DNA from: Candidatus Saccharimonadales bacterium
GTDB lineage: Bacteria > Patescibacteriota > WWE3 > UBA101185 > UBA10185
Length of the DNA stretch: 49,069 nt
Assembly (NCBI GenBank): GCA_035480775.1
Contig: DATIHK010000011.1
Span: 1 to 49,069 of the forward strand
Direction: 5' to 3'
The notes beneath the pieces were generated by a model. It was not told the DNA's origin. It searched no databases and saw only the letters and a program-made list of their open reading frames with translations. This document shows, piece by piece, positions 35,843 through 44,963 of the stretch; the first letter of the stretch is position 1, and each line of letters begins with the position of its first letter. A program made the translations under genes and the position numbers.

Positions 35843-37004
35843 TTGTTAGCTTTGAAACAGTATCGCCTGTAACTATTTTCTCTCCTTCTTTTAATCCATC
35901 TGTTACAACAACATAATCTGCGCCTTCAAATCCTAATTTTACTAATCTTTTTTCTACAGTGTCGCCGTGAATTACAAAAACATATTCTTTATTGTCTGCA
36001 TCGTACAAAATTGCATCAAATGGAACGGCTGGAGAATTAGTTTCTTTGCCAACTTCAATTGTGGCTGTTCCACTCATATTTAAAATTGGATTTATTTGAG
36101 GTCCTTTGGTAAAACGAATAGCAGTTGGAACTATAGTACTTCCGCTTGTGTTTATGGCAGTTTTTCCGTCTATGCGAACTATCTCACCTTCAAAAGGTTC
36201 TGAATATCCTTCGAGTTCGACTTTGGCTTTTTGTCCTGGTTGAACATATTGAACGTCTGTTTCATCTACTTCGGCTGTAAATTCAGTACCTGCAAAATTA
36301 GTTACACTAAAAAGTTCTTGACCTACTAAAACACTTTGACCTGCAGCTAAATTATTTACTACCAGCATTCCACTCGCCGGAGCCCTGACAACTCCACTAT
36401 TTAAATTATCTTGAGCTGCTAAATAAGTAGAATAAGCGGCATTAACTCCTTGAGAAGTAGAAGATTTTTTTTCTTCTATTGTGGATAGTGTTGCGACAGC
36501 ACTTTGATATGAAGACTCTGCACTTTTGTAAGCTTGTTTGGCGTCATTTCCGTTGTCTCCCATATAGGTTCGCCAAGCTGTGTCGCGAGATTGCTTTTTA
36601 TCATTTACTGCTGATTTTGCGGCATTAATTTGCGAATCAAAAGCATCAGATGAAGCCTTTGCAGATAAATATGCGTTCCAGGCAGAACCTGCGGAGGCCT
36701 GTAAACTAGTTTGGTCCAACTTTAAGACTACTGCTCCTTCAGTCACCGGAGTTCCACTATCAAAATAAATCTTTTCGATTTTTGCCGCTACACCTGCATG
36801 TTCCACAAATTCACTTTTGGGTGTTGTTTTTCCTGAAGAAGTAACTGTTTTTACAACCTCTTGTTTTTTGACTGTGTATATAGAAACTTGCGTTGGTTTT
36901 GATCTTCCTCGCATTAAGAAAATTGCACCAATAACAACTACAACGACCACAATCGCGAGTCGTTTATGTTTATTAATATATTTTAAAAATCGCCCAAACA
37001 TCAT
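35811..37004 (-). CDS. Efflux periplasmic adaptor (HlyD/MacA family)
   Basis: N-terminal TM, coiled-coil hairpin region, barrel-sandwich and beta-barrel C-terminus. First gene of the MacAB-like operon. TATAAT 5 nt upstream of the ATG. Confidence 0.75.
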   Translation of the reverse strand: MMFGRFLKYINKHKRLAIVVVVVVIGAIFLMRGRSKPTQVSIYTVKKQEVVKTVTSSGKTTPKSEFVEHAGVAAKIEKIYFDSGTPVTEGAVVLKLDQTSLQASAGSAWNAYLSAKASSDAFDSQINAAKSAVNDKKQSRDTAWRTYMGDNGNDAKQAYKSAESSYQSAVATLSTIEEKKSSTSQGVNAAYSTYLAAQDNLNSGVVRAPASGMLVVNNLAAGQSVLVGQELFSVTNFAGTEFTAEVDETDVQYVQPGQKAKVELEGYSEPFEGEIVRIDGKTAINTSGSTIVPTAIRFTKGPQINPILNMSGTATIEVGKETNSPAVPFDAILYDADNKEYVFVIHGDTVEKRLVKLGFEGADYVVVTDGLKEGEKIVTGDTVSKLTNGSKVSANKS

Positions 37005-37041
37005 ACTGGATTATACCTCCAAATACCTCTATTATATATAT

Positions 37042-37431
37042 GTGAAAACGATAGTAACTGCTCACCATCCGGTCAGACATTTAAACAGTTTTAAATACGC
37101 TTTACGTGGAATTTCTCACGCTTTTTTAAACGAAGCCAATTTTAGAGTTCAACTTGTTATTACAATATTTTCTGGAGCTTTAGGTTTTTATTTCAAAATT
37201 TCAAGCATAGAATGGGCATTTTTGGTTTTATCTCTAGGATCGTTATTGAGTTCAGAAATAATTAATACTGTAATTGAAGAATTTATTGACCATCTTATTC
37301 ACGAGCACCATGAAGGAGCAAGAATAATTAAAGATTTGTCGGCTGGATTTGTACTCACGACGAGTATTACCACACTTTTTATTTTGATATTAGTCTTTGG
37401 CGAAAGACTTTTGTCTTTTTTATTTAGATAA
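37042..37431 (+). CDS. dgkA: Diacylglycerol/undecaprenol kinase family protein
   Basis: FKYALRGI....NE.NFR.......SSE.INT.IE......H......KD..AG motifs with 3 TM. Start reassigned to the GTG at 37042 (TATTAT 6 nt upstream). The track N-terminus is antisense to the adaptor gene. Confidence 0.8.
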   Translation: MKTIVTAHHPVRHLNSFKYALRGISHAFLNEANFRVQLVITIFSGALGFYFKISSIEWAFLVLSLGSLLSSEIINTVIEEFIDHLIHEHHEGARIIKDLSAGFVLTTSITTLFILILVFGERLLSFLFR

Positions 37432-37434
37432 AGT

Positions 37435-38958
37435 TTAAAATCCTCTAGCTATTATTTCGTCGAGTATTCCAGGTTCCATATAATAAATTTTTGCTTGCTC
37501 GTTTCCGTTGTTTGAAAAAATATAAACTGGTGGATATTTAGCCATCCAATATTTGCCTTTATCGCTTTTTGTGCGCGATGTAAAGCTTTGAGGATTATCT
37601 ACATTCACAAAATATCCGGCTTTGTTTTCACTTTTTTCATATGGAAGATAAAACCTGGTAATTGAATCGCGTTCGTTTGTTGCATAAAACTTCTTTCCTG
37701 AATGTGAATTATCTTTGGCCATATAGGCTGCAATTCCTTCCCAATTTCTGTAATAAGGAAATCCAAATAAACTTAAGTTAAATGCAGTACTGGGCATATT
37801 AAAATTCCAAATCAGAAAATCTTTAGCCTCCCAAGGATATTCGTGTGAATGATCAACAAATATCCAATATGTCTGAGCAGTTAAAAATAAAAAAATTACA
37901 AAAACACTCAAATATAAAATTATTTGGGGAATTTTCTTACTAAGTTTTAATTTTGAAAATATGAAAATCAGGAGATTTTCTGTTTCAACTATTCCAAATC
38001 CTAAAACTACTGTAAGTGGCAAAATATAGTTAAAGATATGGGTTCCAGAAACTTTTACAATTCCTTCAAAAAATAAAATTGTGAAGGCAACCCAGAGCAA
38101 AAGAGCCATATATTCAAATTTTCTTTTTCTAAAATTAAGTAATCCAATAAAAAACAAAGCAATATAAATTTTTAAAGCATATATAGGATTGTAAATTTGA
38201 AAAAGGTAATTCGAACTAGTTATCTTTCCATTGTAGTTTCCAAGACGACTGTTCCAATATTCTAGTGTTGCTTTGCTTATCGCTACAACAAATGGAATAT
38301 AAAATGCTGCGAGCATTAATCCACTTACAACTAGTGAAATTATTAAATGTTTGATAGATGTTTTATCACGTCTATTTTGCAAAAACCATTTAATTAGTAA
38401 ATAAAAAGCAAATGGAGCAATAAACACTCCGTCGTAGTGAGCTAATATACATAGAGCCCAAGAAATAAATCCAAGGTAAATGCCAGTAATTTTCCATTTT
38501 GGATCGGTTACAGACTTTGAAAGAAAATAAAGTGTCAAAACTGCAAAAAGCAAAACTAGCGACTGATATTGAACTATTCTTGTTAAACCAACAAATAATC
38601 CGTTAGTTGCGAAAAAGAAAGAAGCATAAAAGGCCACTTTTTCTCCAAAATGAATTTTTACAAATTTATAAAAAAAGAAAACTGCTAAAACTCCTGCAAT
38701 AGCAAAAGGTACTCTTATAAAAAAATTGTGAGTGTAGTTGGGATCAAATAATTTTAAAAAATAAGTAACAAAAAATTGAAGTGGGCCTTTTCGCTGAGTT
38801 ATTAAAAAAGTAAAAACATTTTGTCCAGGATCAGGAACAAGAAATGCTTTTATTTCATCACCTTGATAATCTGAATATCCTAAATTAACTAATCTTAAAA
38901 CAGCTGCGATTAATGCGACCAAAACTATTGGGATATATTTAAGTTTGTCTTTTATCAT
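37435..38958 (-). CDS. GT39/ArnT-like (PMT_2) membrane glycosyltransferase
   Basis: 507 aa and ~12 TM. The N-terminal loop YSDYQGDE matches the Asp/Glu motif of ArnT/PMT-type transferases. Confidence 0.7.
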   Translation of the reverse strand: MIKDKLKYIPIVLVALIAAVLRLVNLGYSDYQGDEIKAFLVPDPGQNVFTFLITQRKGPLQFFVTYFLKLFDPNYTHNFFIRVPFAIAGVLAVFFFYKFVKIHFGEKVAFYASFFFATNGLFVGLTRIVQYQSLVLLFAVLTLYFLSKSVTDPKWKITGIYLGFISWALCILAHYDGVFIAPFAFYLLIKWFLQNRRDKTSIKHLIISLVVSGLMLAAFYIPFVVAISKATLEYWNSRLGNYNGKITSSNYLFQIYNPIYALKIYIALFFIGLLNFRKRKFEYMALLLWVAFTILFFEGIVKVSGTHIFNYILPLTVVLGFGIVETENLLIFIFSKLKLSKKIPQIILYLSVFVIFLFLTAQTYWIFVDHSHEYPWEAKDFLIWNFNMPSTAFNLSLFGFPYYRNWEGIAAYMAKDNSHSGKKFYATNERDSITRFYLPYEKSENKAGYFVNVDNPQSFTSRTKSDKGKYWMAKYPPVYIFSNNGNEQAKIYYMEPGILDEIIARGF

Positions 38959-38961
38959 GCC

Positions 38962-41004
38962 TCATTTTACTGACAAAATGTGGAGCTCATTCATAGCTCT
39001 TGTTACTGCAACAAAAGCTTTTTTAGCTTCAGTAAAATTATGTATTTTATTGAGGTTTAAATCAAGAACATAAACTTTAGCAAATTCTAAACCTTTGCAG
39101 TTTTCGAACATAGTAACGTAAATTCCCCGTGGAATGTAGTTAATCGGCTTAGTGTCGTCGAGTTTAATAATTTGATCTTTTGCTACAGCTAAATCATTAA
39201 CTATCTTTTCTACTTGATTTAAAGTTTCAGAATCGAAGCAAATAATTCCAATACTTTTATTAAGATCTTTGGCGTCGTTGTGCATTTCTTTGGCAAATAT
39301 ATCCAGCATTTCGGCAGAAGTATCAGATTGAGTTATATCTATTTCAGATCCAATTCGGTTGATAGACTTTGGAAGATAATCAGAAGTGTAAGGAGCTAGT
39401 ATTTTGTTTGCCAATTCTATAATAGGCTTGGTGCTTCTATAGTTTGTATCTAATTCAAAAACATTAGCTTTGTTGGCTTCTTTCACAACAGCAGAAATTT
39501 CTTTCCAAGTTGATAATCCTTCTTGTTGATATGATTGATTTAAGTCTCCCAAAATACAAAAACGACCGTTTAAAACAATTTTGCCTAAAATCAGATATTC
39601 AAGTGGACTAAAATCTTGACCTTCATCGACTACGCAGTATTCATATTTTTGCCATTTTGAAAGTCCAATTAATTCTGAATATAAATAAATATATAAAAGA
39701 ACTGAAGAATAATTTAGATGTTCTTTTGACGTTATGCCAACAGATTTAACCAACTTTGGAAATACCTCTAGTTTTAAGTTTTCTTTGAGTTTGCGCAATT
39801 TGTTATTGAGTTTTTTTAGTGATTTAATATTTTCTTTAAATAACCACGACTTTACAGAGTTTGGATGCTCTTTTAAGTTTTCTATCTGCATTTCAAGTTC
39901 TTCTTCCATGTCTGAAACTACTTCTTTTAGGTTTTCCATTACGGGAATCTTTTTGTTATAGATAAAACCTCCAAACGTAATAAATTCTGGATCTTCAAAA
40001 AGCTTTTGCAATTCAAATTCAAATTTTTCGTGAACTTCTAAAACTTCGGTATCAATTTTTTTAATTTCTGAGACATCTGTCTTTAATTGAGAATCGTGCA
40101 AATCCATTTTTATGTTTAGCTCTTCTCTAAAAACTATATTAATTACAATATCTTTAAGTGTTTTATAATTGATGTCGAATATTCCCAATTTTGGAAAAAG
40201 CGTAGATAAATAACCTACTAAAATTTGATTTTTAGCTATTAAAATTGAGCGCTCTGGGTGAATTAGAGTTGGAAAGTTAAAAAATATATGTGAAAGCTTG
40301 TGAATCGCGACAGTACTTTTACCACTTCCAACACAACCTTGTACAATACAAATTTGGCGAGGATCGCTTTCAATAATATCTAGCTGAGACTCTTGAATTG
40401 TTTCGATAATATCTTCTAGTACACCTCCGGTGCGAGTTTTTATTTTTGACGAAATTATTTCTGTTTCGTCGAACTGAATATCGTTGTTGTAATATTTAAC
40501 TAAGTTACCTTCATCAATTTCAAAAGTTCTTTTGAGTGTTAAATCGCGAACTTCGGTTCCGTCAGGAGTTTCGTATTTAACATTTTTTTGTGGATAGCGG
40601 TATCGATAATAAACTGATGCAATTTTAGCGCGCCAATCTGTAATTATGGATTTGAATTCTTCTGAATAACCAAATTTTCCAATATAAATATCGTCTGCAC
40701 GCTCAGTTTTTTCTTTTAAAATCATGCGAGCAAAATAAGGTTCTTTAAGAAGAGACTTAATTTCTTCGACACGTTGATATTTATCTTTAAAGTTAAAAGC
40801 TTCGTTTTTTTCGTGTAGTCTTTCGAGAAAAAGCAAAAAATCTTGAGCTTGAGTTTCACGTCCTTCACGTAAATCTTTAAGTTTTTCCAAATTTTCTGAT
40901 CCCATAACTTGCATTGACTGCTCTATCACCTCAGTACCTGTTTTGAGTTTTGTAATTACATTAGATAGTTTTGTTTTCTCTTCGTTAAGTATTTTTAAAT
41001 CCAT
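38962..41004 (-). CDS. helD: UvrD-like ATPase, HelD-type (helicase IV / RNAP-recycling motor)
   Basis: Coiled-coil N-terminal region, Walker A GCVGSGKST, VVDEGQDF (motif II), NYRST, and a C-terminal VAVTRA motif. Confidence 0.7.
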   Translation of the reverse strand: MDLKILNEEKTKLSNVITKLKTGTEVIEQSMQVMGSENLEKLKDLREGRETQAQDFLLFLERLHEKNEAFNFKDKYQRVEEIKSLLKEPYFARMILKEKTERADDIYIGKFGYSEEFKSIITDWRAKIASVYYRYRYPQKNVKYETPDGTEVRDLTLKRTFEIDEGNLVKYYNNDIQFDETEIISSKIKTRTGGVLEDIIETIQESQLDIIESDPRQICIVQGCVGSGKSTVAIHKLSHIFFNFPTLIHPERSILIAKNQILVGYLSTLFPKLGIFDINYKTLKDIVINIVFREELNIKMDLHDSQLKTDVSEIKKIDTEVLEVHEKFEFELQKLFEDPEFITFGGFIYNKKIPVMENLKEVVSDMEEELEMQIENLKEHPNSVKSWLFKENIKSLKKLNNKLRKLKENLKLEVFPKLVKSVGITSKEHLNYSSVLLYIYLYSELIGLSKWQKYEYCVVDEGQDFSPLEYLILGKIVLNGRFCILGDLNQSYQQEGLSTWKEISAVVKEANKANVFELDTNYRSTKPIIELANKILAPYTSDYLPKSINRIGSEIDITQSDTSAEMLDIFAKEMHNDAKDLNKSIGIICFDSETLNQVEKIVNDLAVAKDQIIKLDDTKPINYIPRGIYVTMFENCKGLEFAKVYVLDLNLNKIHNFTEAKKAFVAVTRAMNELHILSVK

Positions 41005-41019
41005 ATTTTTCTTTCGTGA

Positions 41020-41700
41020 CTAGTACCCTTCTTTAGCTATCAAAACCACATATTCTCCTTTAACATTCAGTTTTTCAAAATTAATCAGTAGATTTGTAGC
41101 TTTATCTACCGCAATCTTTTCGTGCATTTTGGTAAGTTCTCCGGCAAGACAAACAGTTCTATCACCAAAAACCTCTACTACTTCTTCTAAAAGCTTACGA
41201 ACCCTAAATGGGGACTCGTATACTACCAGAGTTGCGTCAAATTGACCATATTGCTTTAATAAATCTTTGCGTTGATTTGGCCCTTTTGGCAAAAAACCTA
41301 GATAAACAAATTTATCGGTTGGAAGTGATGACACACCTAAAGCTGTAATAACCGCAGACGGACCAGGTATAGGAACAACTTTATAACCGGCTCGCATAAC
41401 ATCTCGAACTAATTTAAATCCGGGATCTGAAATTAAAGGAGTTCCACTGTCAGAAACCAAAGCTACTGCTTTGCTTTCTTGCAAATACTGCAAAATTTGA
41501 GGTAAGACACGATCGTGATTTTGATCTCGATAAGAAATTTGAGGTTTTGAAATTTGAAATGAATCTAAAATTTTGGCCGTTTCGCGAGTGTCTTCAGACA
41601 AAATTACATCCGCGCTCTTGAGTATATCAACAGCACGATAGGTAATGTCCCGCATGTTTCCGATAGGTCCTGCGACAATGTAGAGAGTTCCAGAGCCCAT
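41020..41700 (-). CDS. rsmI: 16S rRNA (cytidine1402-2'-O)-methyltransferase
   Basis: LYIVAGPIGN..DIT.RA...L...D.I..EDTR tetrapyrrole-methylase-fold RsmI signature. TAAAAT 6 nt upstream of the ATG. Confidence 0.9.
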   Translation of the reverse strand: MGSGTLYIVAGPIGNMRDITYRAVDILKSADVILSEDTRETAKILDSFQISKPQISYRDQNHDRVLPQILQYLQESKAVALVSDSGTPLISDPGFKLVRDVMRAGYKVVPIPGPSAVITALGVSSLPTDKFVYLGFLPKGPNQRKDLLKQYGQFDATLVVYESPFRVRKLLEEVVEVFGDRTVCLAGELTKMHEKIAVDKATNLLINFEKLNVKGEYVVLIAKEGY

Positions 41701-41759
41701 TGGATTATTTTATCATATAGCTGCAAATTAGCTGAATTTGGTGTGGTATAGTAGCGTTT

Positions 41760-42818
41760 ATGCTTAGAGAATTAAAAACAAAGACTGCCACATTATCTCT
41801 ACCGGTTTTTTTCCCTGATGCCACCAAAGGAGTCATAAAAAGCTTAGGAGCACACAATTTAAAAGACTGTAATACTGATGGATTGGTTATTAATACCTAC
41901 CATTTAATGAACGACGACAAAATTGAGTTAATAAATAAATTTGGCGGAATTCACAAATTTATGGGATATGATCGACCTGTTATTTCTGATTCTGGTGGAT
42001 TTCAAGTAATGTCACTCATTCACAACAACCCAAAAAACGGAAAAATAGAAGAAGATGTAATTAGTTTTAAAATCGACGGCTCAAATAAAAAACTCATCTT
42101 AACTCCGCAAAGCTGTATTGAAACTCAAATTAAACTAAGAACTGACATAATAATGTGTTTGGATGATTGCACAGATCCAGAAGCTCCACTAGAAGAGCAA
42201 CAAAAATCAGTCGAACGAACTATTAGATGGGCTAAACAATGCAAACAAGCTTTTAATGAACTGACAGCAGATATGGCCGAAAAGCCTTTAATTTTTGGAA
42301 TTATTCAAGGAGGAAACCACAAAGAGCTTCGTAAAGAATGCGCAGAAGAACTAGTTAAAATAGGTTTTGACGGATACGCATATGGAGGATGGCCTATGAA
42401 TAGTGATCATCAGTTTTTATCTGAAATAACAGCATACACTGCTTCGCTAATTCCGGACAATTTTCCTAAATACGCCATGGGTGTTGGAAAACCTGAAAAC
42501 ATCACAGAATGTGTGGCTGCTGGATATAATATGTTTGACTGTGTAATTCCAACCAGAGACGCCAGACACAAAAGATTATATGTTTTTACAGATTTAGAGA
42601 AAAACGAATATCAATTTATATATCTAGGCAGCGGAAAACATAAACATTCTGATGAACCTATTTCTAAAGTTTGCGATTGTATCGCCTGCAAAAACTACAC
42701 TCGTGGATATTTGTATCACTTGTTTCAAATTCAAGACGCACTTTCAATTCATTTAGCAACTATTCACAATCTCAGATTCTATTCAATGTTTATGGAAAAT
42801 ATTCGAGCTAAATACTAG
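41760..42818 (+). CDS. tgt: tRNA-guanine transglycosylase (queuine tRNA-ribosyltransferase)
   Basis: DSGGFQV catalytic motif and CDCIAC....R.YL.HL zinc site. TATAGT 7 nt upstream of the ATG. Confidence 0.9.
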   Translation: MLRELKTKTATLSLPVFFPDATKGVIKSLGAHNLKDCNTDGLVINTYHLMNDDKIELINKFGGIHKFMGYDRPVISDSGGFQVMSLIHNNPKNGKIEEDVISFKIDGSNKKLILTPQSCIETQIKLRTDIIMCLDDCTDPEAPLEEQQKSVERTIRWAKQCKQAFNELTADMAEKPLIFGIIQGGNHKELRKECAEELVKIGFDGYAYGGWPMNSDHQFLSEITAYTASLIPDNFPKYAMGVGKPENITECVAAGYNMFDCVIPTRDARHKRLYVFTDLEKNEYQFIYLGSGKHKHSDEPISKVCDCIACKNYTRGYLYHLFQIQDALSIHLATIHNLRFYSMFMENIRAKY

Positions 42819-42837
42819 CGGGAAAGAAGCGAAGTCT

Positions 42838-43644
42838 TTATTGAGGCAATTCAGCTGCAAAGATATGATCAGCAACATCCCAGAAAGCTGTATTTCCTTT
42901 TTGCTGACTTGCACATTCTGAAGCTTCAGCAAACTTTTGAGCATATTGATGAATTGATGTTAAAGGAAAGTGTCGATACACCCAAAGCATATCGTTAGGA
43001 TTTTCGGCCTGTAATTGTTGTAGAGTTGGATGGAATCTCGAACAGAAAGGACACTGTAAGTCGGAATATTCAACCAACGCGAAGGTAGGATTCTTAGCTC
43101 CTCTTTGGTGATCATTTTTAGAAATTGGTGTCATATTTGTAACTTCGGCAACTTGTCCGGCTTGGACTGAAGTCATATAGGCATTTATTTCTTCGATTGA
43201 TTTACCTGAAGTGAAATCGGCGACAATAGTCTTCATAATATCTATAGGTAATGCACCTCCATCAATACGAATGGCTTTATTAGTTTTAAGATTTACCAAA
43301 ACAGAGCCTGGTGTACCTTGAATTCCAATTTCTTGACCATTTTTTTGATCAGCTGAAATTACTGAATCAACTTCTCCAGAATCTAAGCACTTTTTGAAAT
43401 CATTAACATTTAATCCTATATCTTTTGCTAATTGTGGAAGATCCGTGTCAGCAAACGCAGCTTTTGGATATAATGTGGTCTTAATTTTCGCGAGGTCTTG
43501 ATACATCGTGTACATAAAGTAACCGGAGGCAAAGATGTAGGCAATTACGACCAACTGAAGTAAAATTCCTAATACTTTAAAAATACTAAATTTTCTTTTA
43601 GGAGTTGCCATTGGCTGCATTGGTTGTGTTGTTTCTTCTGACAT
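42838..43644 (-). CDS. Membrane-anchored DsbA-family thiol:disulfide oxidoreductase
   Basis: CPFC active site (LQCPFCSRFHP) in a thioredoxin fold, with one TM. Start set to the ATG at 43644 rather than the TTG at 43683; it is uncertain. Confidence 0.75.
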   Translation of the reverse strand: MSEETTQPMQPMATPKRKFSIFKVLGILLQLVVIAYIFASGYFMYTMYQDLAKIKTTLYPKAAFADTDLPQLAKDIGLNVNDFKKCLDSGEVDSVISADQKNGQEIGIQGTPGSVLVNLKTNKAIRIDGGALPIDIMKTIVADFTSGKSIEEINAYMTSVQAGQVAEVTNMTPISKNDHQRGAKNPTFALVEYSDLQCPFCSRFHPTLQQLQAENPNDMLWVYRHFPLTSIHQYAQKFAEASECASQQKGNTAFWDVADHIFAAELPQ

Positions 43645-43750
43645 ATCAGTAGCAACTGTATTAGAAAAAACTAACTGTGTCAATGTCCTGAATTACCGCT
43701 GAATTATTAGAGTGTTTTGACTTTTGAATCAATTGGACTATAAATAACAT

Positions 43751-43921
43751 GTGAAAAATAAGGTCGAGTTAGCGCAAGAACTGGCAAAACAAATCCACAC
43801 TGAGCGCCCAAGACTTTCGGGAGAAAGTTATTATCAACATGTTCAAGAAACAGCTAATTACCTTACTGAAATAGGAATTGACGATGAGAATATTCTAATT
43901 CTGGCTTACTTAAGTTTTTGA
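43751..43921 (+). pseudogene. Truncated N-terminal remnant of a RelA/SpoT-type HD-domain protein (56 codons)
   Basis: My translation VKNKVELAQELAKQIHTERPRLSGESYYQHVQETANYLTEIGIDDENILILAYLSF* matches A..A...H..Q.R.SGE.Y..H...VA..L....D...I.AALL and stops just before the HD dyad. TTGACT-n16-TATAAA promoter 6 nt upstream. The 3' end overlaps rpmG. Confidence 0.4.
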
Positions 43922-44079
43922 ATTTCTTTGTGAAGAGTACGTTTTTTTAATTTTGGATTAAATTTCATCAATTGCAATTTGTCAGGAGTATTGATTTTGT
44001 TTTTTTGAGTAACATAAGAGCGCATTCCTGTCTCGGTACATTCAAGTGCTATTAAGATACGGTTGCCCTTTTTTGCCAT
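43906..44079 (-). CDS. rpmG: 50S ribosomal protein L33 (Cys-less, C- type)
   Basis: Not in the ORF track (57 aa). My translation MAKKGNRILIALECTETGMRSYVTQKNKINTPDKLQLMKFNPKLKKRTLHKEIQKLK matches the L33 pattern (Y.T.KNK.N.P.KLEL.K..P....H..HKE.K). Confidence 0.85.
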   Translation of the reverse strand: MAKKGNRILIALECTETGMRSYVTQKNKINTPDKLQLMKFNPKLKKRTLHKEIQKLK

Positions 44080-44146
44080 AACTGGAGTATTTTAGGGTAT
44101 TTTTGTGGAAATAGCAAGATTTCAGATTATCTGGCATAATCACACT

Positions 44147-44956
44147 ATGGTCGATCTTCATAAACAAATCCATGATATTTTAACCAATGTTGATGGCGTT
44201 TGGGGAATATGTGCTAAAAAACTCGATAATGATGAGATAATTTACGAATACAACAAAGATCACGAATTTTCTGCAGCAAGTGTAAACAAAATAGCAATTG
44301 CACTTTATGTCTTTTCGCAAATTGATCAAAAGCTAGCAGATCCAAAAGAAATTATTACTCTTGTTGAAGAAAACAAACTTGGTGGAGGTGTATTATATTT
44401 CTTAGATGCTGGACTCAATTTAACACTAATGGATACAGTCAAATTGATGCTTTCGATCTCTGATAACACAGCCGCTAAACATTTAGTCAAAAGATTTACT
44501 CCACAAAAAATTAATGCTTATTTGGAAACTATTGGACTTAAAATTACACAATTAGAAATAGAGGGAGATAAATTTACCTTCGGAAATACAACTCCGCTAG
44601 AAATGGCGACAATTTTAGATGGAATTTACAAATCAAGATATTTTAGCGCCGAGCTTTGCAATACTTTTTTGGAAATTATGAAGCGTGATCACAATGATTT
44701 AGGAATTAGAAGGTATTTACCTGAGTATATTTCTGGACAAGAAAATAAACTTAGAGTTGCCAATAAAGCCGGAACAATTCCAGGTGTAAGAAATGATGTT
44801 TCAGTTGTTTTTGACAAGGAACCTTATGTTTTGACTATTTTTGCAAACGACTTGTCTGATACTATTGTTAATCCTGATAACAAAGGGGTTTTAGCAATTG
44901 CAAAAATTTCAAAAATAATTTACGAATCCTTGAATTCCGCCTCAAACACCTTATAA
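44147..44956 (+). CDS. Class A beta-lactamase-like serine hydrolase
   Basis: SAASVNK (SxxK), SDN, and NKAGT in place of KTG. Start set to ATG 44147 (CATAAT 6 nt upstream). The track GTG at 44105 is also possible. Confidence 0.7.
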   Translation: MVDLHKQIHDILTNVDGVWGICAKKLDNDEIIYEYNKDHEFSAASVNKIAIALYVFSQIDQKLADPKEIITLVEENKLGGGVLYFLDAGLNLTLMDTVKLMLSISDNTAAKHLVKRFTPQKINAYLETIGLKITQLEIEGDKFTFGNTTPLEMATILDGIYKSRYFSAELCNTFLEIMKRDHNDLGIRRYLPEYISGQENKLRVANKAGTIPGVRNDVSVVFDKEPYVLTIFANDLSDTIVNPDNKGVLAIAKISKIIYESLNSASNTL

Positions 44957-44963
44957 TCTCCTT

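Noticed and set aside
36817-37041. N-terminal 75 codons of track ORF 36817..37431.
   Set aside because: This part is antisense to the 5' end of the adaptor (macA-like) gene. The DgkA-homologous part begins at the GTG at 37042, which has a -10 box 6 nt upstream.
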